Origin: Thermodesulfobacteriota bacterium
Lineage (GTDB): Bacteria; Desulfobacterota_D; UBA1144; Nemesobacterales; JAJCZQ01
DNA length: 64,000 nucleotides
Direction of reading: 5' to 3'
Assembly (NCBI GenBank): GCA_965215275.1
Contig: OZ244044.1
Span: 288,001 to 352,000, forward strand
Shown here: positions 9,043 to 19,255 of the stretch, piece by piece
Layout: every line of letters starts with the position of its first letter
Numbering within the stretch: the first letter of the stretch is position 1
Position numbers and translations under genes: made by a program
The notes under the pieces: model-generated
The model's database searches: none
Seen by the model: the letters and a program-made list of their open reading frames with translations, nothing else
What the model was told of the DNA's origin: nothing

Positions 9043-10370
9043 TTTCTGATCCCCTTTTTAGGCACGGGAAGTATCTCCTTTATTTCCGCTATTGAAACAG
9101 CGGGTAAGGTCTTTATAAATAACAGGAAGAACATAAAGAACCATGCAAAGCTGCCGACGGTTATTCCGATTTCAACCCAGGAAATTTTATAAACACCCCA
9201 AGCGGCAGGATCAAAGTCCCTTGAAAGTGATATAACGATTATATTGAACCTTTCAAACCACATGCCGATATTTATGAATATGGATATAATAAAAAGCGCC
9301 TTTAAGTTCATCCTTACGCTCTTCCACCAGAGCGGGAGCGGCGCCACCACGTTACAGATGATCATGACCCAGTAGAAGAAAGCATATTCCCCGGTGGCCC
9401 TGTACATGAACTGCTGGAATTCGAACGGACTTGAACTGTACCAGGCCATGAAGAACTCGACCCCGTACGCGTAACCCACGATACCGGATGTCAGAAGTAT
9501 GAGCTTTGCCATACCGTCATAGTTATCAAGGGTAATGTAGTCCTCAAGATGGAATATCTTTCGTATCGGTATCGTGAGGGTGATGACCATGCCAAGCCCC
9601 GAGAATATAGCACCTGCAACAAAATACGGTGCGAAGATCGTTGTGTGCCACCCCGGCACGTTACCCATTGCAAAGTCCCAGGAAACGACGCTGTGTACCG
9701 AAAGGACCAGAGGGGTCGCCAATGCTGCAAAGTAAAGGTAAGCCCTTCCGTAATGAAGCCATTCCCAGTTGGAACCTTTCCATCCAAAGGACAGTATGGT
9801 GTAGATTATCTTTCTCGGTACCTCTTTCACTTTATCCCTGATCGCGGCGATATCGGGTATCATCCCTATAAGAAAGAACAGCGAACTCACCGTGAGATAC
9901 GTACTGACAGCAAAAACGTCCCATACAAGTGGTGATTTAAAGTTGATCCACAGTTCTCTCTGGTTCGGGTACGGGAACAGCCAGTAGAAGTTCCAGGGCC
10001 TTCCAAGGTGCATTATAGGGAACAGCCCGGCAGTCAGGACCGCGAACACCGTCATGGCCTCGGAGATCCTGTATATGGACATTCGGAACTTTGCCCTGAA
10101 CAGGTAAAGGATAGCTGATATCAGAGTTCCTGAATGAGCAATACCGACCCAGAACACGAAATCCGTAATGTAAGTACCCCAGAAGACCGGATGTCTGTAG
10201 CCTGCAACGCCAAGTCCCGTGTAAACCTGGTATATAAAGCACATCAGTCCTATACCAACGAACGAAATGGATATCAAGAACAGCGCCCACCACTTGGCAG
10301 AAGGCTTATCAAGCATCCTGACAACGTCATTTGTAACCCTTGAATACGTCAGATTGTTCTCTATGCTCAT
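9039..10370 (-). CDS. actC: Alternative complex III subunit C (NrfD/PsrC family)
   Basis: FVFWVGIAHSGTLISAIL, HLGRPW, SPLVWDVFAV, SVHSVVSWDFA, GMWFERF. Confidence 0.92.
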   Translation of the reverse strand: MSIENNLTYSRVTNDVVRMLDKPSAKWWALFLISISFVGIGLMCFIYQVYTGLGVAGYRHPVFWGTYITDFVFWVGIAHSGTLISAILYLFRAKFRMSIYRISEAMTVFAVLTAGLFPIMHLGRPWNFYWLFPYPNQRELWINFKSPLVWDVFAVSTYLTVSSLFFLIGMIPDIAAIRDKVKEVPRKIIYTILSFGWKGSNWEWLHYGRAYLYFAALATPLVLSVHSVVSWDFAMGNVPGWHTTIFAPYFVAGAIFSGLGMVITLTIPIRKIFHLEDYITLDNYDGMAKLILLTSGIVGYAYGVEFFMAWYSSSPFEFQQFMYRATGEYAFFYWVMIICNVVAPLPLWWKSVRMNLKALFIISIFINIGMWFERFNIIVISLSRDFDPAAWGVYKISWVEIGITVGSFAWFFMFFLLFIKTLPAVSIAEIKEILPVPKKGIRK

Positions 10371-13300
10371 TTATACGTTATCCCACTTTAATTTCTTTAG
10401 ATAGGTTATCCCGGGTTTTGTATTTATAACCTCAAAGACCTTGTACCCTCTTTTATCCTTCTCCAGCTTCGAGACCTTGCTGGTCTTATCCTTGAGGTCA
10501 CCGAACACGATCGCGTCGGTCGGGCAGGCCTGCTGACATGCGGTAAGGATATCCCCATCCCTTACCACTCCATCCCCGTCCTTGGCAATATCTTCTCCGA
10601 ACTTGATCCTCTGTACGCAAAACGTGCATTTTTCCATAACTCCCTTTGTCCTCACCGTTACATCGGGATTAAGCTGCCAGTTCAGGGGTTCAGGGAACTT
10701 GTAGGTGTACCAGTTGAACTTTCTCACCTTATAAGTACAGTTGTTAGCACAGTACCTCGTTCCAACGCACCTGTTGTACACCATGCCGTTCAGACCTTCG
10801 GGGCTGTGGTACGTAGCATAAACGGGACAGACCGGTTCACAGGGAGCGTTACCGCAGTGCTGGCAAAGCATCGGCAGGAACCTAACGTCCAGCTTGCCGC
10901 TTTCATCTTTATCAAAATACCTTTCGATCCTTATCCAGGCCATATCACGGCGTTTTGCCACCTGGTCCTTCCCCACGAATGGGATGTTGTTTTCCGCGTA
11001 GCAAGCGGTCACACACGCTCCACACCCCGTACATTTGTTCAGGTCGATGTTCATCGCCCATCTGTGCTTTGCGTATTTTCTGGGAGGATAGAAATCAGGC
11101 TCCTCGTGATGGTCATGGTGATGACCACCTTTTTTAAGCTCGCTGATCGTCATGGCCTTTGCAACGTCCCTGTCGTGCTGTGTTTTCGTGTACTGCGTTC
11201 TTACGAGCAAGCTGTGATCTCCCGCACTGGAAACCGAAACTTTCGTGGAAAGAAAAGCAAAACCCCCTGATGTTTTATCCATGACGTCCGGCAGAAGGTC
11301 CAGAGGATTTACTCCTCTGTTCTTTGCGTATCTGCCGTAGCTCGTATGCCCTTGCCCCATAGGTACCGCGACCGTGTCGGACCTTATTCCTTCATAAACA
11401 AAGGCCTGGACCTTAAATTCTCCATAAGGTGACTTGATGTTCAGATACGAACCGTCCCTGACGCCGAGTTTTTTAGCGACGTCCGGATGGACCTCAACGT
11501 AGGAATCCCATACGGACGTTGAAAGTGCCTCGGGAAGTTCCTGAAGCCACGGCTTATTAGCACCGGAACCGTCGTAGTACCTGTAAGAGGGATAGGTCAC
11601 AAAGTAAAACCCTCCATCACCCTTCACGTAAGACTTGGAAACTTTAAACGACTTCAGATCCGAAGAAATTGAGACGTTCCTTCTGGACAGATCTAATTTA
11701 ATTCCACCTTCTTTAAGTGCCTGCCTCCAGAATGCCTCAAAGTTATTATCACCTTTATATCCTTTAATTAATGGACCAAGTTTTTCTATCAATTCAACTA
11801 ATGGACCAAGTTTTTCTATCAATTCATCTAATATCTTTTCTTGATGCTTTTGTGACCCTTTAATTAATGGAACAAATCTATATATTGATTCAATTAAAAA
11901 CCTCTCTTGATACCTTTGTGAATGTTTATCAAGAAATGATTTAAATTTATCCAACTGTTCCTTAGGTAAAGGAACGGCTCTTTTATAAGCTTGATGAACC
12001 CCAAACATTCGAAGTATCCAGTTCAAGATTCTAGCTACCAATGGGAAGGGACCAGCTATAATCCAGCTAGCTATAATCCCGGCAAGAATAAAAGCACATT
12101 CACGAGCAATAACACCACCATAATTTTTTGCTATATAAGATAACACTTCCTTAACTTCTTTTGCTATCTGAAGTAATACTTCTTTAACTTTAGATAATTT
12201 TTCTTTCAATGTAGACGAACCGATTGATACGGCCTTTTTCCAAGAATTTCTTAAGTAGTCATAATAGCTTGATTCCTCAAAGAGACCTTTTGTAACATCT
12301 ACCTTACCGCTCAGTTCTATGATCAGGTCACCGACCGACTTTGTATTAAATACCGGATGCATTACGGGCTGGATCATTCCCAGGTATGATTCGCTGAAAT
12401 AATAATCCCCCCAGCTCTCAAGCGAATGATGGTCTGGAAGAACAAGTGAGGCCATTTCAGTGGTTTCATCCATAAAAGAGGATAAACTCACTATATAGCC
12501 GGCCTTACCAAGTGCCTTGACCGCGTTAAATGACCTGGGAAGCGTAAAAGCGGGATTGGTTCCCTGAACTATGAGAAGTTCGACCTTGCCAGCTTCCATA
12601 TCTTTGAACAGATCTGTAATATCCTTAAAAGTGCTGACATCTGATATGGACAGCGTATCTGAAAAATCCACCGTTTCTCCAATATTACCGACAAGATAGT
12701 TCAGTATATTGATCGCGACCATGGTTTCGGTTGCATTGGTTCCGCTGTTGGCTACGCCTCCTCCGATAGCAATACTTCTGTCCTTGCTGAAATCAGAGGC
12801 TACCTGGTTGATGGTTTCCACTGAAATATCCGTTAATTTAGAGACTTTCTCCGGGGTGTATCCCGATATCAGTTTTTTCACAACTGAAGCTTTTTCCCTG
12901 TTCCATCCCCTGCTTACGATCACGTTCGCGATCCCCAGTGCCAGGAACACTTCGGTCCCGGGTTTAACGGCAAGCCACAGGTCCGCACTGGTGGCAGTAA
13001 CAGAGGCCCTTGGTTCCACCTGGACCACTTTGCCCATCCTGCCGTCCTTATACGTCTTCAGTTTTGAAAATCCCTTGGCAAAATACGTGGGTGACAGCCA
13101 CGTCTCAAGAAAATCAGCACCAAACGAAAGGACATAATCTGCCTTTTCTATCCTGTAAGTCGGTATTTCATCAGCGTCGAAACATATCCTGTTGGCCTGT
13201 CTGATCGGTTCGTACGAGAACGACTCGTAGGTGTAACGGCGACCTCCAATGGCCTGTACCCATCTGTCAACGAGGTTGTCCAGGGTACCCGAGATATTAT

Positions 13301-13772
13301 TGCTCAGATAAACTATACTGCTTCCTCTGCCGCTGCTGACGAGCCTGTTTATTTTTTCAGATAACGTGTCAATACCTTCGTCCCATCCGATCGGAACGAG
13401 GTTTTTTCTGTTCTTCTTCTTTCCGAGCGGGGACCTTATTCTGTCCGGATTGTAAAGTCCCTGCAGAGAAGCCTGTCCCCTTGCACACGTGCTTCCTTCA
13501 TTAGTTGGACTGGCAGGGTTACCTTCTACTTTTATAGCCCTTCCATCCCTGTTCTTTACAACTACACCGCACCCGGATGGACACTCCCTGCACGTGGAAG
13601 CATAGAATTTCGGTACCGCGGGTACGTAGGACTCAGGGGGTATGACGTAAGGTATTATCTGCTCAACGGGATCACCCGAACATGCACCGGTAACCGCTGC
13701 CGTACCACCGGCGACCCCTATCACCTTTAAGAAGTCCCTTCTGCTCAATCCGCTGTTTTTCTTTTCAGACAT
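10371..13772 (-). CDS. actB: Alternative complex III subunit B (molybdopterin-oxidoreductase-like plus Fe-S domains) with an internal insertion
   Basis: Tat motif SRRDFLK; CTGCGACVTAC, CQHCGNAPCEPVCP, CVGTRYCANNC, EKCTFC; about 155 aa extra segment. Confidence 0.9.
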   Translation of the reverse strand: MSEKKNSGLSRRDFLKVIGVAGGTAAVTGACSGDPVEQIIPYVIPPESYVPAVPKFYASTCRECPSGCGVVVKNRDGRAIKVEGNPASPTNEGSTCARGQASLQGLYNPDRIRSPLGKKKNRKNLVPIGWDEGIDTLSEKINRLVSSGRGSSIVYLSNNISGTLDNLVDRWVQAIGGRRYTYESFSYEPIRQANRICFDADEIPTYRIEKADYVLSFGADFLETWLSPTYFAKGFSKLKTYKDGRMGKVVQVEPRASVTATSADLWLAVKPGTEVFLALGIANVIVSRGWNREKASVVKKLISGYTPEKVSKLTDISVETINQVASDFSKDRSIAIGGGVANSGTNATETMVAINILNYLVGNIGETVDFSDTLSISDVSTFKDITDLFKDMEAGKVELLIVQGTNPAFTLPRSFNAVKALGKAGYIVSLSSFMDETTEMASLVLPDHHSLESWGDYYFSESYLGMIQPVMHPVFNTKSVGDLIIELSGKVDVTKGLFEESSYYDYLRNSWKKAVSIGSSTLKEKLSKVKEVLLQIAKEVKEVLSYIAKNYGGVIARECAFILAGIIASWIIAGPFPLVARILNWILRMFGVHQAYKRAVPLPKEQLDKFKSFLDKHSQRYQERFLIESIYRFVPLIKGSQKHQEKILDELIEKLGPLVELIEKLGPLIKGYKGDNNFEAFWRQALKEGGIKLDLSRRNVSISSDLKSFKVSKSYVKGDGGFYFVTYPSYRYYDGSGANKPWLQELPEALSTSVWDSYVEVHPDVAKKLGVRDGSYLNIKSPYGEFKVQAFVYEGIRSDTVAVPMGQGHTSYGRYAKNRGVNPLDLLPDVMDKTSGGFAFLSTKVSVSSAGDHSLLVRTQYTKTQHDRDVAKAMTISELKKGGHHHDHHEEPDFYPPRKYAKHRWAMNIDLNKCTGCGACVTACYAENNIPFVGKDQVAKRRDMAWIRIERYFDKDESGKLDVRFLPMLCQHCGNAPCEPVCPVYATYHSPEGLNGMVYNRCVGTRYCANNCTYKVRKFNWYTYKFPEPLNWQLNPDVTVRTKGVMEKCTFCVQRIKFGEDIAKDGDGVVRDGDILTACQQACPTDAIVFGDLKDKTSKVSKLEKDKRGYKVFEVINTKPGITYLKKLKWDNV

Positions 13773-13788
13773 TTATACCTCCAACCAC

Positions 13789-14358
13789 TTAATAATGGCA
13801 GGTAAGACAATCCTTTAACTGTTCTAAATGCTCCGCATTATCTGCATTTTGTTCATGACATGTTATACAAAAACCCATATTAAGGCTCTCCGCCTTGTAC
13901 ACAACGTCCATTTCCTGCACCTGTCCGTGACAGGTCTGGCATTCAAATCCCCTCTTGATGTGTCTCTTGTGATTGAACTTCACGTACTCCGGCATGGTCG
14001 TGACCTTTACCCATGGTATGGGTTCTTTTCTCTCCCAGTAGTCCTTGACCTTGGCGATCTCCTTCTTATAGTTTATCACCTGTCCATCACTGGTCGTATA
14101 GTCCTGATCCCTTCCGCTTACGAACTGATGGCATCCGATACATTTCTGAACGGACGGTATGCCTGGATTTGGTGATACATCTGCAAAACTGTGACAGTAC
14201 TGACACGGGATCTGGTTCTCTCCTGCATGTATCTTATGGCTGAACAGGACCGGCTGAGAGGGACCACGACTGTTACTTTCTGCCGTGTACTGATATATCC
14301 CTACTGCAAAAAAGGCACACAACACGACAACTGGGGTAATTTTTATAAAGTAGTTCAT
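13789..14358 (-). CDS. actA: Alternative complex III pentaheme cytochrome c subunit A
   Basis: Five CxxCH motifs, N-terminal TM, QPVLFSHKIHAG. Confidence 0.9.
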   Translation of the reverse strand: MNYFIKITPVVVLCAFFAVGIYQYTAESNSRGPSQPVLFSHKIHAGENQIPCQYCHSFADVSPNPGIPSVQKCIGCHQFVSGRDQDYTTSDGQVINYKKEIAKVKDYWERKEPIPWVKVTTMPEYVKFNHKRHIKRGFECQTCHGQVQEMDVVYKAESLNMGFCITCHEQNADNAEHLEQLKDCLTCHY

Positions 14359-14508
14359 AAATCGATCAATTCTTTGTAAAAAGACCGCAGTCCTGACAGA
14401 TGGTTATTATCTATACCAGCCTGCAACTCGGCGGTGCAGTCGTGGGTAAAAAAGTTCTCCTTATCCTTAAAAAATGGTTGATTATTTATACCAGCTTGCA
14501 GTTATCTG

Positions 14509-15264
14509 TCAAGTCATATTGGAAATATCCGTTAAAGAACTGCTGGTATCGTCCATATCAAATATGCCTCCAAGCTCTTTTACAAAGAACTTATGGCTGT
14601 TCTCATTTAAATTCCCGACCCACCCTTTTTCCACGTTCACGTTTTCCAGCTGCGGAACAACTCCCAGTATATCAGTTCCCAGCAGCTCCCTCAGCTGAGA
14701 GATATTCGTGCGGGTGGCCAGTCCCGGGTTTCCGGGATAACCGGATATTACGACCCCTAGGATCTTAAGTCCGCAGGACGTTGCATGATCTATGGTCAGA
14801 AGGGTGTGATTGATCGTGCCAAGTCCCGGCCTTGCCACGATCAGAAGAGATGCTCCCAGGTCCTTTGCCAGATCGCTCATAAAGTAGTCCTTTACTATCG
14901 GCACTCTGATACCACCGGCGCCCTCTATCAGGTTTACGCCTTCTTTGTCCATTCTGCTTTCCGTTATCTCTATGACCTCAGGGACCCTGTAGCTGATATT
15001 TTCCAGTTTACTTGCATAATACGGTGAAAGTGGTTTTCTTAGCCTGAAGGGACAGACCCTGTTCATATCAAAGGTCCTGTTCATTACCTTATAGATGAAC
15101 TCTATATCGTGAACAATGGGTTCTTCCGTTCCGGTCTGAAAAGGTTTGAGGCAGGTGACCTTAACTCCTTTCTTTATTAAACAGCTGGAAACCGCAGCAG
15201 TAACGACCGTCTTTCCGACCCCGGTATCGGTCCCCGTAACGAATATCCTGTCTGGAAGGTCCAT
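14509..15264 (-). CDS. bioD: Dethiobiotin synthase
   Basis: FVTGTDTGVGKT, KPFQTG, IEGAGG, LGTINHTLL. Confidence 0.95.
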   Translation of the reverse strand: MDLPDRIFVTGTDTGVGKTVVTAAVSSCLIKKGVKVTCLKPFQTGTEEPIVHDIEFIYKVMNRTFDMNRVCPFRLRKPLSPYYASKLENISYRVPEVIEITESRMDKEGVNLIEGAGGIRVPIVKDYFMSDLAKDLGASLLIVARPGLGTINHTLLTIDHATSCGLKILGVVISGYPGNPGLATRTNISQLRELLGTDILGVVPQLENVNVEKGWVGNLNENSHKFFVKELGGIFDMDDTSSSLTDISNMT

Positions 15265-15293
15265 TAACTTATAATACCGCCTTGCAGGCTGCT

Positions 15294-15752
15294 TTAAAGT
15301 GCCAGCTCCCTGACCTTTTCAGCTACTTCATCAGCATGGCTGGAGGTTTTAACCTTTGTCCAGATATGCAGTATTATACCATTTGTGTCTATCAGGAATG
15401 TATTTCTCTTTGCAGAACCAAAAGGGCCTTTCACGCCATACATACTTACAATACTTTTGCTTTTATCGCTGATCAGAGGAAAGTTCAGTTCGTGTTTATC
15501 TCTGAAATTCTCATGTGCTTTCACTCCATCGGTACTTACCCCGACGACCTGTACTCCCAGCTTTGAAAGCTCGTCCATCCCATCTCTGAGAGAACAGGCC
15601 TGTTTGGTACATCCGGGAGTATTGTCCCTTGGATAAAAGTAAAGTGCCACGATACCTTTCTTATAAAGATCACTTAACCTGATCATCTCGCCACCATAGG
15701 TCTCGGCCTCGAAATCAGGTGCACTGTCCCCTGTTTTTAATTTTTCAGACAT
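15294..15752 (-). CDS. bcp: Peroxiredoxin BCP/PrxQ
   Basis: LYFYPRDNTPGCTKQAC. Confidence 0.92.
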   Translation of the reverse strand: MSEKLKTGDSAPDFEAETYGGEMIRLSDLYKKGIVALYFYPRDNTPGCTKQACSLRDGMDELSKLGVQVVGVSTDGVKAHENFRDKHELNFPLISDKSKSIVSMYGVKGPFGSAKRNTFLIDTNGIILHIWTKVKTSSHADEVAEKVRELAL

Positions 15753-16117
15753 ATATTTTTCTCCTTGAGAACATCAGACTGAACACAAGTATAGACGATC
15801 ACAGAAAAAAGTTAAGATGAAATTACAAGACAAAAACCGGAACGAGACCTGCCAGCACAAATTCCAGCCGTCCTGACCAAATCCCTTTTATTATCTGATA
15901 AATTTCAAATAATAAAAGTATGATAACAATGTTTATTAAAGTAAACTCTTAACTCTCTGTATACGTTAAGACACGCTGTAAAGAGCAGGATACAAAGCGG
16001 ACCCGGGCAGGTAAAGGAACTGAAAGAGCGAAATTTAAAGGATCTTATCTTTGAAATATAAGGTTTGATCATATATTCTAATGGCAGTAAAAATTCCAGA
16101 AACGGAGAACTTATAAT

Positions 16118-16513
16118 ATGAAAAAAATAATAAAGATCAACAGTTCGAACCAGGCTCCGCAGGAGCAGGGTGTAACGTTTAAAAAGTTCGAGAAGAAAGA
16201 CAAGACAGAAAAAGTCGAACTGACGGAAGAAACGATAAAAAGTGCACTGGAGAAGGTGAACGACCCTGAGCTCCCAGTGAACATAGTCGACCTGGGACTG
16301 ATCTACGACACAAAGGTATCAGGCAATGACATTAACGTAAAAATGACCCTTACCACACCTGGATGCGGCATGGGTGCAATGATAGCGACACAGGCCGAAA
16401 TGGCATTGAAGGACATAGGGGCTGATAACGTTCTGATCGAGATCATATGGGACCCGCCATGGAACCCGGACATGATGAGCGATAAGGCCAAGGAAAAGCT
16501 CGGTATCGGTTAG
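16118..16513 (+). CDS. Metal-sulfur cluster assembly factor (DUF59/SufT-like)
   Basis: DPELPVNIVDLGLIY, MTLTTPGC, WDPPW. Confidence 0.9.
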   Translation: MKKIIKINSSNQAPQEQGVTFKKFEKKDKTEKVELTEETIKSALEKVNDPELPVNIVDLGLIYDTKVSGNDINVKMTLTTPGCGMGAMIATQAEMALKDIGADNVLIEIIWDPPWNPDMMSDKAKEKLGIG

Positions 16514-16518
16514 TCCAT

Positions 16519-17568
16519 ATGCCCCTTAACAAAGAAAATATCTTACAAACCCTGAAAAATATCAAATATCCCGGGTTTACAAGGGATATCGTTTCCTTCG
16601 GACTTGTAAAGGAAGTAAGTATTGACGGGTCCGTCGTTCATATCTCCATTGTGCTTCCAAAGCCCGATGAAGCACTGAGGTCCCAGATAGAGGATGCCGT
16701 CAGAAGTTCCATCCTTGAAATACCCGGCGTTTCAAGCCTGGATCTGGAAATAAGTGCAAGGCAGACCACCGGAAAACCCACGGATACCGCCAGAACGGAC
16801 GGGTCCAAGCTCCCTGATATAAAACACTATATAGCAGTTGCCAGCGGCAAGGGTGGCGTCGGCAAATCGACCGTGGCGGTAAACCTTGCACTGGCAATGT
16901 CAAAAAAAAGACAGAACATAGGTCTGATGGATGCAGATATCTGGGGACCGAGCGCTCCTATAATGATGGGCACGGACGCAAGACCGGTCGCGTCTGGCGA
17001 TCAGAAGATATTTCCCGTTGAAAAGTATGGACTGAAGATGATATCAATAGGATTTCTGGTAAACGAAGAAGAAGCAGTGATCTGGAGAGGTCCCATGGTG
17101 CACAGTGCGGTCAAGCAGTTTATCGAAGACGTGGAATGGAAAGATACCGACTATCTCGTGATCGACCTGCCTCCCGGAACCGGGGACGCTCAACTTTCCC
17201 TCGCACAGACCGTTCCCCTCAGTGGCGGCGTGATCGTCACTACCCCGCAGGACGTAGCACTGATCGACGTCAGAAGAGGGATCTTGATGTTTCAGAAGCT
17301 CAATATACCTCTGATCGGGATTATTGAGAACATGAGCTATCTGGACGTACCCGCAAGTAACGACCAGATAGATATCTTTGGCAGAGGTGGCGGCAAGAAG
17401 ATGGCAGATAAGTTCAACGTACCGTTCCTTGGAGAAATACCAATCGACCCCAATATCAGGATCGGCGGGGATACAGGAAGCCCCATCGTGGAGTCCAGAC
17501 CTGACTCCAAAGCATCAGAGGCATTCTTCAGTATTGCTGACCAGGTACTGAAATATGTTGAGAAATAA
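16519..17568 (+). CDS. apbC: Mrp/ApbC Fe-S cluster carrier ATPase
   Basis: SGKGGVGKST, WRGPM, DLPPGTGD, VTTPQ, IENMS. Confidence 0.92.
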   Translation: MPLNKENILQTLKNIKYPGFTRDIVSFGLVKEVSIDGSVVHISIVLPKPDEALRSQIEDAVRSSILEIPGVSSLDLEISARQTTGKPTDTARTDGSKLPDIKHYIAVASGKGGVGKSTVAVNLALAMSKKRQNIGLMDADIWGPSAPIMMGTDARPVASGDQKIFPVEKYGLKMISIGFLVNEEEAVIWRGPMVHSAVKQFIEDVEWKDTDYLVIDLPPGTGDAQLSLAQTVPLSGGVIVTTPQDVALIDVRRGILMFQKLNIPLIGIIENMSYLDVPASNDQIDIFGRGGGKKMADKFNVPFLGEIPIDPNIRIGGDTGSPIVESRPDSKASEAFFSIADQVLKYVEK

Positions 17569-17613
17569 AAAATTCAGGGATTAAACTATTAAGAAAGTCA
17601 CTTATGAACTAAA

Positions 17614-18594
17614 ATGAGCCAGGTAAAAGATTATTACAAGACGTTAGGCGTTTCAAAATCGGCATCCAAAGAGGAGATCAAAAAAGCCTACAGGGATATG
17701 GCAAGAAAGTATCATCCTGATCTCAATCCCAACGATAAAGGAGCGGAAGACAGGTTCAAGGACATTCAGGAAGCTTATGAAGTGCTCTATGACGATCAGA
17801 AACGGCAGCAGTACGACACGTTCGGTCACATGAACTTTGGTGGCAGCCGGGGTGGTCAGCAGGGTTTTTCCGGTTCATACCGCTTCTCTGGTGATATACC
17901 GAGCTTTGAAGAGATCTTCAAGGACGTGTTTGGTGGTGCTTTTTCGGGCCGTGGAGGCGGGTCATCAGATCCTTTTTCAAGTATGTTCGGGGGATTTTCA
18001 ACGGGCGGACGCTCCCGGCAACGTCAGCAGAGACCCAGAAACACGGAATACAGTATCACTATAGATTTTCATACAGCTATAAAGGGAGGGGAAAAGAACC
18101 TGATCATCAACCACCGAGATGAGCAGGGAAATAAACAAAACGAGACGATTTCCGTCAAGATACCACAAGGGGTCAATGACGGTGCAAAAATGAGGCTGAA
18201 GGGTAAAGGAGAACGATCAGGAAACAAAAGAGCAGACCTTATACTGAATATCAAGGTTACACCCCACGAACTATTTACAAGACAGGGAGATGATCTCTCA
18301 ATAACCCTGCCAATAACCTTTTATGAAGCAGCATTGGGGGTAACTACTGAAGTCCCAACCGTCGATGGTAAAGTAGAGTTGGTAATTCCAAAGGAATTAC
18401 AGAACGGTGCAAAAATGAGGCTGAAGAACAAAGGCGTCAAAAATCTAAAAACAAAAAAAACTGGTGATCAGTACGTTATTATAAAGATCGTAATGCCAGA
18501 TAATATCAATAGTGAAACACTGGAAAAACTCAAAGATATTTCCAAATCCCAGCCGTATAACCCGAGAGAATATTTAGATAAACACCTGACCTGA
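17614..18594 (+). CDS. Class II DnaJ-family chaperone (CbpA-like, no zinc finger)
   Basis: J-domain with HPD, G/F-rich linker, C-terminal domains, no CxxCxGxG. Confidence 0.9.
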   Translation: MSQVKDYYKTLGVSKSASKEEIKKAYRDMARKYHPDLNPNDKGAEDRFKDIQEAYEVLYDDQKRQQYDTFGHMNFGGSRGGQQGFSGSYRFSGDIPSFEEIFKDVFGGAFSGRGGGSSDPFSSMFGGFSTGGRSRQRQQRPRNTEYSITIDFHTAIKGGEKNLIINHRDEQGNKQNETISVKIPQGVNDGAKMRLKGKGERSGNKRADLILNIKVTPHELFTRQGDDLSITLPITFYEAALGVTTEVPTVDGKVELVIPKELQNGAKMRLKNKGVKNLKTKKTGDQYVIIKIVMPDNINSETLEKLKDISKSQPYNPREYLDKHLT

Positions 18595-18921
18595 AACTAT
18601 TCGTCTTTATAAATAAGATTATTATATGCTTTGTTGTCCTAGATTAAAAAAAACAAGCATCAATGCCATCAAGCTCCCCATCTATCGGCAGATTTATCTT
18701 TGGTTTTCTCCTCACTGTTTTTTCTTATCCAAGAGAAGGGTTTATCAGTTGCTGCCTTAACAATGGTTGGCGACATGTATTACAGACGTGAAGCTCAATC
18801 TCCCATAGATTAAGAAGACCAATCTTTTGACTTATAACGCATTATCTCCATATCGGAGGTTCTAAATGGGCATTCCATCGGGGAGGTTACGGGACAAGGT
18901 AAGAATGACAAAACGAGATAA

Positions 18922-19170
18922 ATGAAAGAAGTTGAAGCAATAAAAAAGACTGATAAGCGCATGGTAGATTACGTTTACGGACCTACTATGGACATCAATG
19001 AGGATAACATTATACAACTTCTTGTAGAAGACCGTATAATGGATAAACAAGAAACCATTGCCTTGAAGATATTAACTGACGAGGGCGATTTGCAACTTTC
19101 TAAAGAAGATGGTAAGATACCAGTGGAATGGGGTCAGACCATACAAAACCCGGTTAGCAATGGGGATTAA
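18922..19170 (+). pseudogene. Probable fragment of a phage head gene (prohead protease-like)
   Basis: Directly upstream of the capsid gene; KIPVEWGQTIQNPVSNG loosely resembles an HK97 protease N-terminus; truncated. Confidence 0.3.
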
Positions 19171-19255
19171 GATAGAGAAGTATTTACTGAAAAAATACCC
19201 CAGTTTACTGATTTAAAGAGCTGGGAACAATTTAGTATAGGGGAGGTAATGAACA

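Noticed and set aside
11748..12212. Intein or intron in actB
   Set aside because: No terminal His-Asn followed by Cys/Ser/Thr, no homing-endonuclease motif and no recognisable group I/II structure
6757..14358. Qrc complex instead of ACIII
   Set aside because: ActD-, ActE- and ActF-like genes are present and the B subunit is fused
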